A stretch of 64,000 nt of DNA from an uncultured Methanosarcinales archaeon. Lineage in GTDB: Archaea > Nanobdellota > Nanobdellia > Woesearchaeales > GW2011-AR15. Shown here in pieces: positions 63,212 through 64,000 of the stretch. The notes beneath the pieces are model-generated. The model did not search any database. It saw nothing but the letters and a program-made list of their open reading frames with translations, and was not told where the DNA came from. The translations under genes were made by a program, and so were the position numbers. The stretch's first letter is position 1; the number at the start of each line of letters is the position of its first letter. Location: positions 6,414-70,413 of the forward strand of contig CAZEKF010000005.1 in NCBI GenBank assembly GCA_964512765.1, read 5' to 3'.

Positions 63212-64000
63212 CATATCTTTCTAGTTTATCATAACCTTCATTAAGAGCTTCCTCGCTTGCAGCAAACACTATCCTGAAATGTTTTGTATTATCTTTTTGG
63301 CCAAATCCTGAGCCGAAAACAAACAACACGCCTTCTTCACGTAAAAAGTCAAGTACAAACTTTTTATCAGATTCTATTGGTAAATCAAGTTTTGGGAATG
63401 CGTAAAAAGCACCTTTTGGTTTGACACAACTTATCCCAGGTATTTCATTCATACGTTTATAAGTTATATCTCTTCTCTTTCTTAGTTTGTCAACCATTTC
63501 TTTGATATGGTCCTGTGGTCCCTCAAGTGCAGGTTTCACTGCGTATTGCATAGGATGGCTAATTGATAACCTTGCTCTAGCTAATTGTTTAACAGATTCT
63601 GCATATTCAGAAATGTTTTCGCCTGAAAAAAAACTCCAGCCAACTCTCCACCCAGGACATAGATAATTTTTTGAAAGTGTATTAAATGTAACAACCGGCA
63701 CATCTTTACTCAATGAGCCAACAGCGTTAAATTCAAAATCGTCATCAAAAATAATTTTGTCATAAGTTTCGTCTGATAATATGGGTAAATTATGCTCGCC
63801 TGCTAAATCAATGACTTTTTTCAATGTTTCTTTTGTGTACAAAGCACCTGTTGGATTGTTAGGATTGATCAAAACAATAGCTTTTGTTTTGTCGTTAATC
63901 TTTCTTCTCATGTCTTCAACATCAGGTTGCCATTCATTGTCTTCATCCAATTCATATTCATTTATTTCGCCTTCAACATAATTAACAACTGCATTGTACA
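63195..64000 (-). CDS. class I/II aminotransferase (aspartate/alanine type), 5'-truncated by the window edge
   Basis: NPNNPTG, SLSKNYLCPGWRVGW and a C-terminal domain. The reading frame stays open upstream of the track start, out to position 64000. Confidence 0.7.
   Translation of the reverse strand, partial: YNAVVNYVEGEINEYELDEDNEWQPDVEDMRRKINDKTKAIVLINPNNPTGALYTKETLKKVIDLAGEHNLPILSDETYDKIIFDDDFEFNAVGSLSKDVPVVTFNTLSKNYLCPGWRVGWSFFSGENISEYAESVKQLARARLSISHPMQYAVKPALEGPQDHIKEMVDKLRKRRDITYKRMNEIPGISCVKPKGAFYAFPKLDLPIESDKKFVLDFLREEGVLFVFGSGFGQKDNTKHFRIVFAASEEALNEGYDKLERYVSKNY

Noticed and set aside
1-64000. Genome-wide UGA recoding (UGA as a sense codon)
   Set aside because: hisG, hisD, hisC, hisB, rpoP, the Trx-like gene and the LAGLIDADG gene all terminate at TGA at positions consistent with homologues or with ATGA overlaps. 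The two in-frame TGAs are therefore local events.
1-64000. CRISPR arrays, rRNA genes, or transposase/IS elements
   Set aside because: I saw no regularly spaced direct repeats, no rRNA-like GC-rich blocks longer than about 150 nt and no transposase- or integrase-like ORFs.

Overview
This is a strongly AT-rich, gene-dense, archaeal-type fragment. Archaeal markers are Topo VI A/B, an archaeal class I CCA-adding enzyme, RNase P protein Rpp21, eS1, eL43, RpoP, Pcc1, prefoldin beta and BRE/TATA-like promoters. My guess is a small-genome DPANN-like archaeon, but that is inference only.

I support about 75 protein genes and 7 tRNA genes, and I see no rRNA and no CRISPR array. All 7 tRNA genes carry introns (11 in total). 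Several introns sit at non-canonical sites: D-loop, anticodon stem and T-loop.

The most notable structures are:
1. A co-directional histidine supercluster on the minus strand, 50087 down to 40203. It runs from two TATA-preceded leader repeats through tRNA-His(GUG), a short-form hisG, hisD, hisC fused to a HAD phosphatase, hisB, hisH, hisF, a hisA-hisI-hisE triple fusion and an HExxH/wHTH unknown, to a HisRS with an N-terminal AlaX-like domain.
2. A conserved promoter module: tandem CACTGGACA boxes 13-14 nt upstream of a TTATAA TATA box. It occurs exactly three times, each time in front of a nuclease gene (two free-standing LAGLIDADG genes and a Cas4-like PD-(D/E)XK gene).
3. Exon-like duplicates of tRNA ends beside tRNA-Thr and tRNA-Pro. 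They look like intron-plus-exon fragments.
4. Unusual aminoacyl-tRNA synthetase fusions: AlaX-HisRS, and class II LysRS-DUF2000-HD.
5. A GyrB intein carrying an HNH rather than a LAGLIDADG endonuclease.
6. Two small genes interrupted by in-frame TGA, a probable +1 frameshift at the start of hisG, and a truncated dph2.
7. Several GC-rich structured islands that may be unassigned ncRNAs.

All protein calls rest on motif recognition by eye in the supplied translations. No database search, tRNA scanner or folding program was run.
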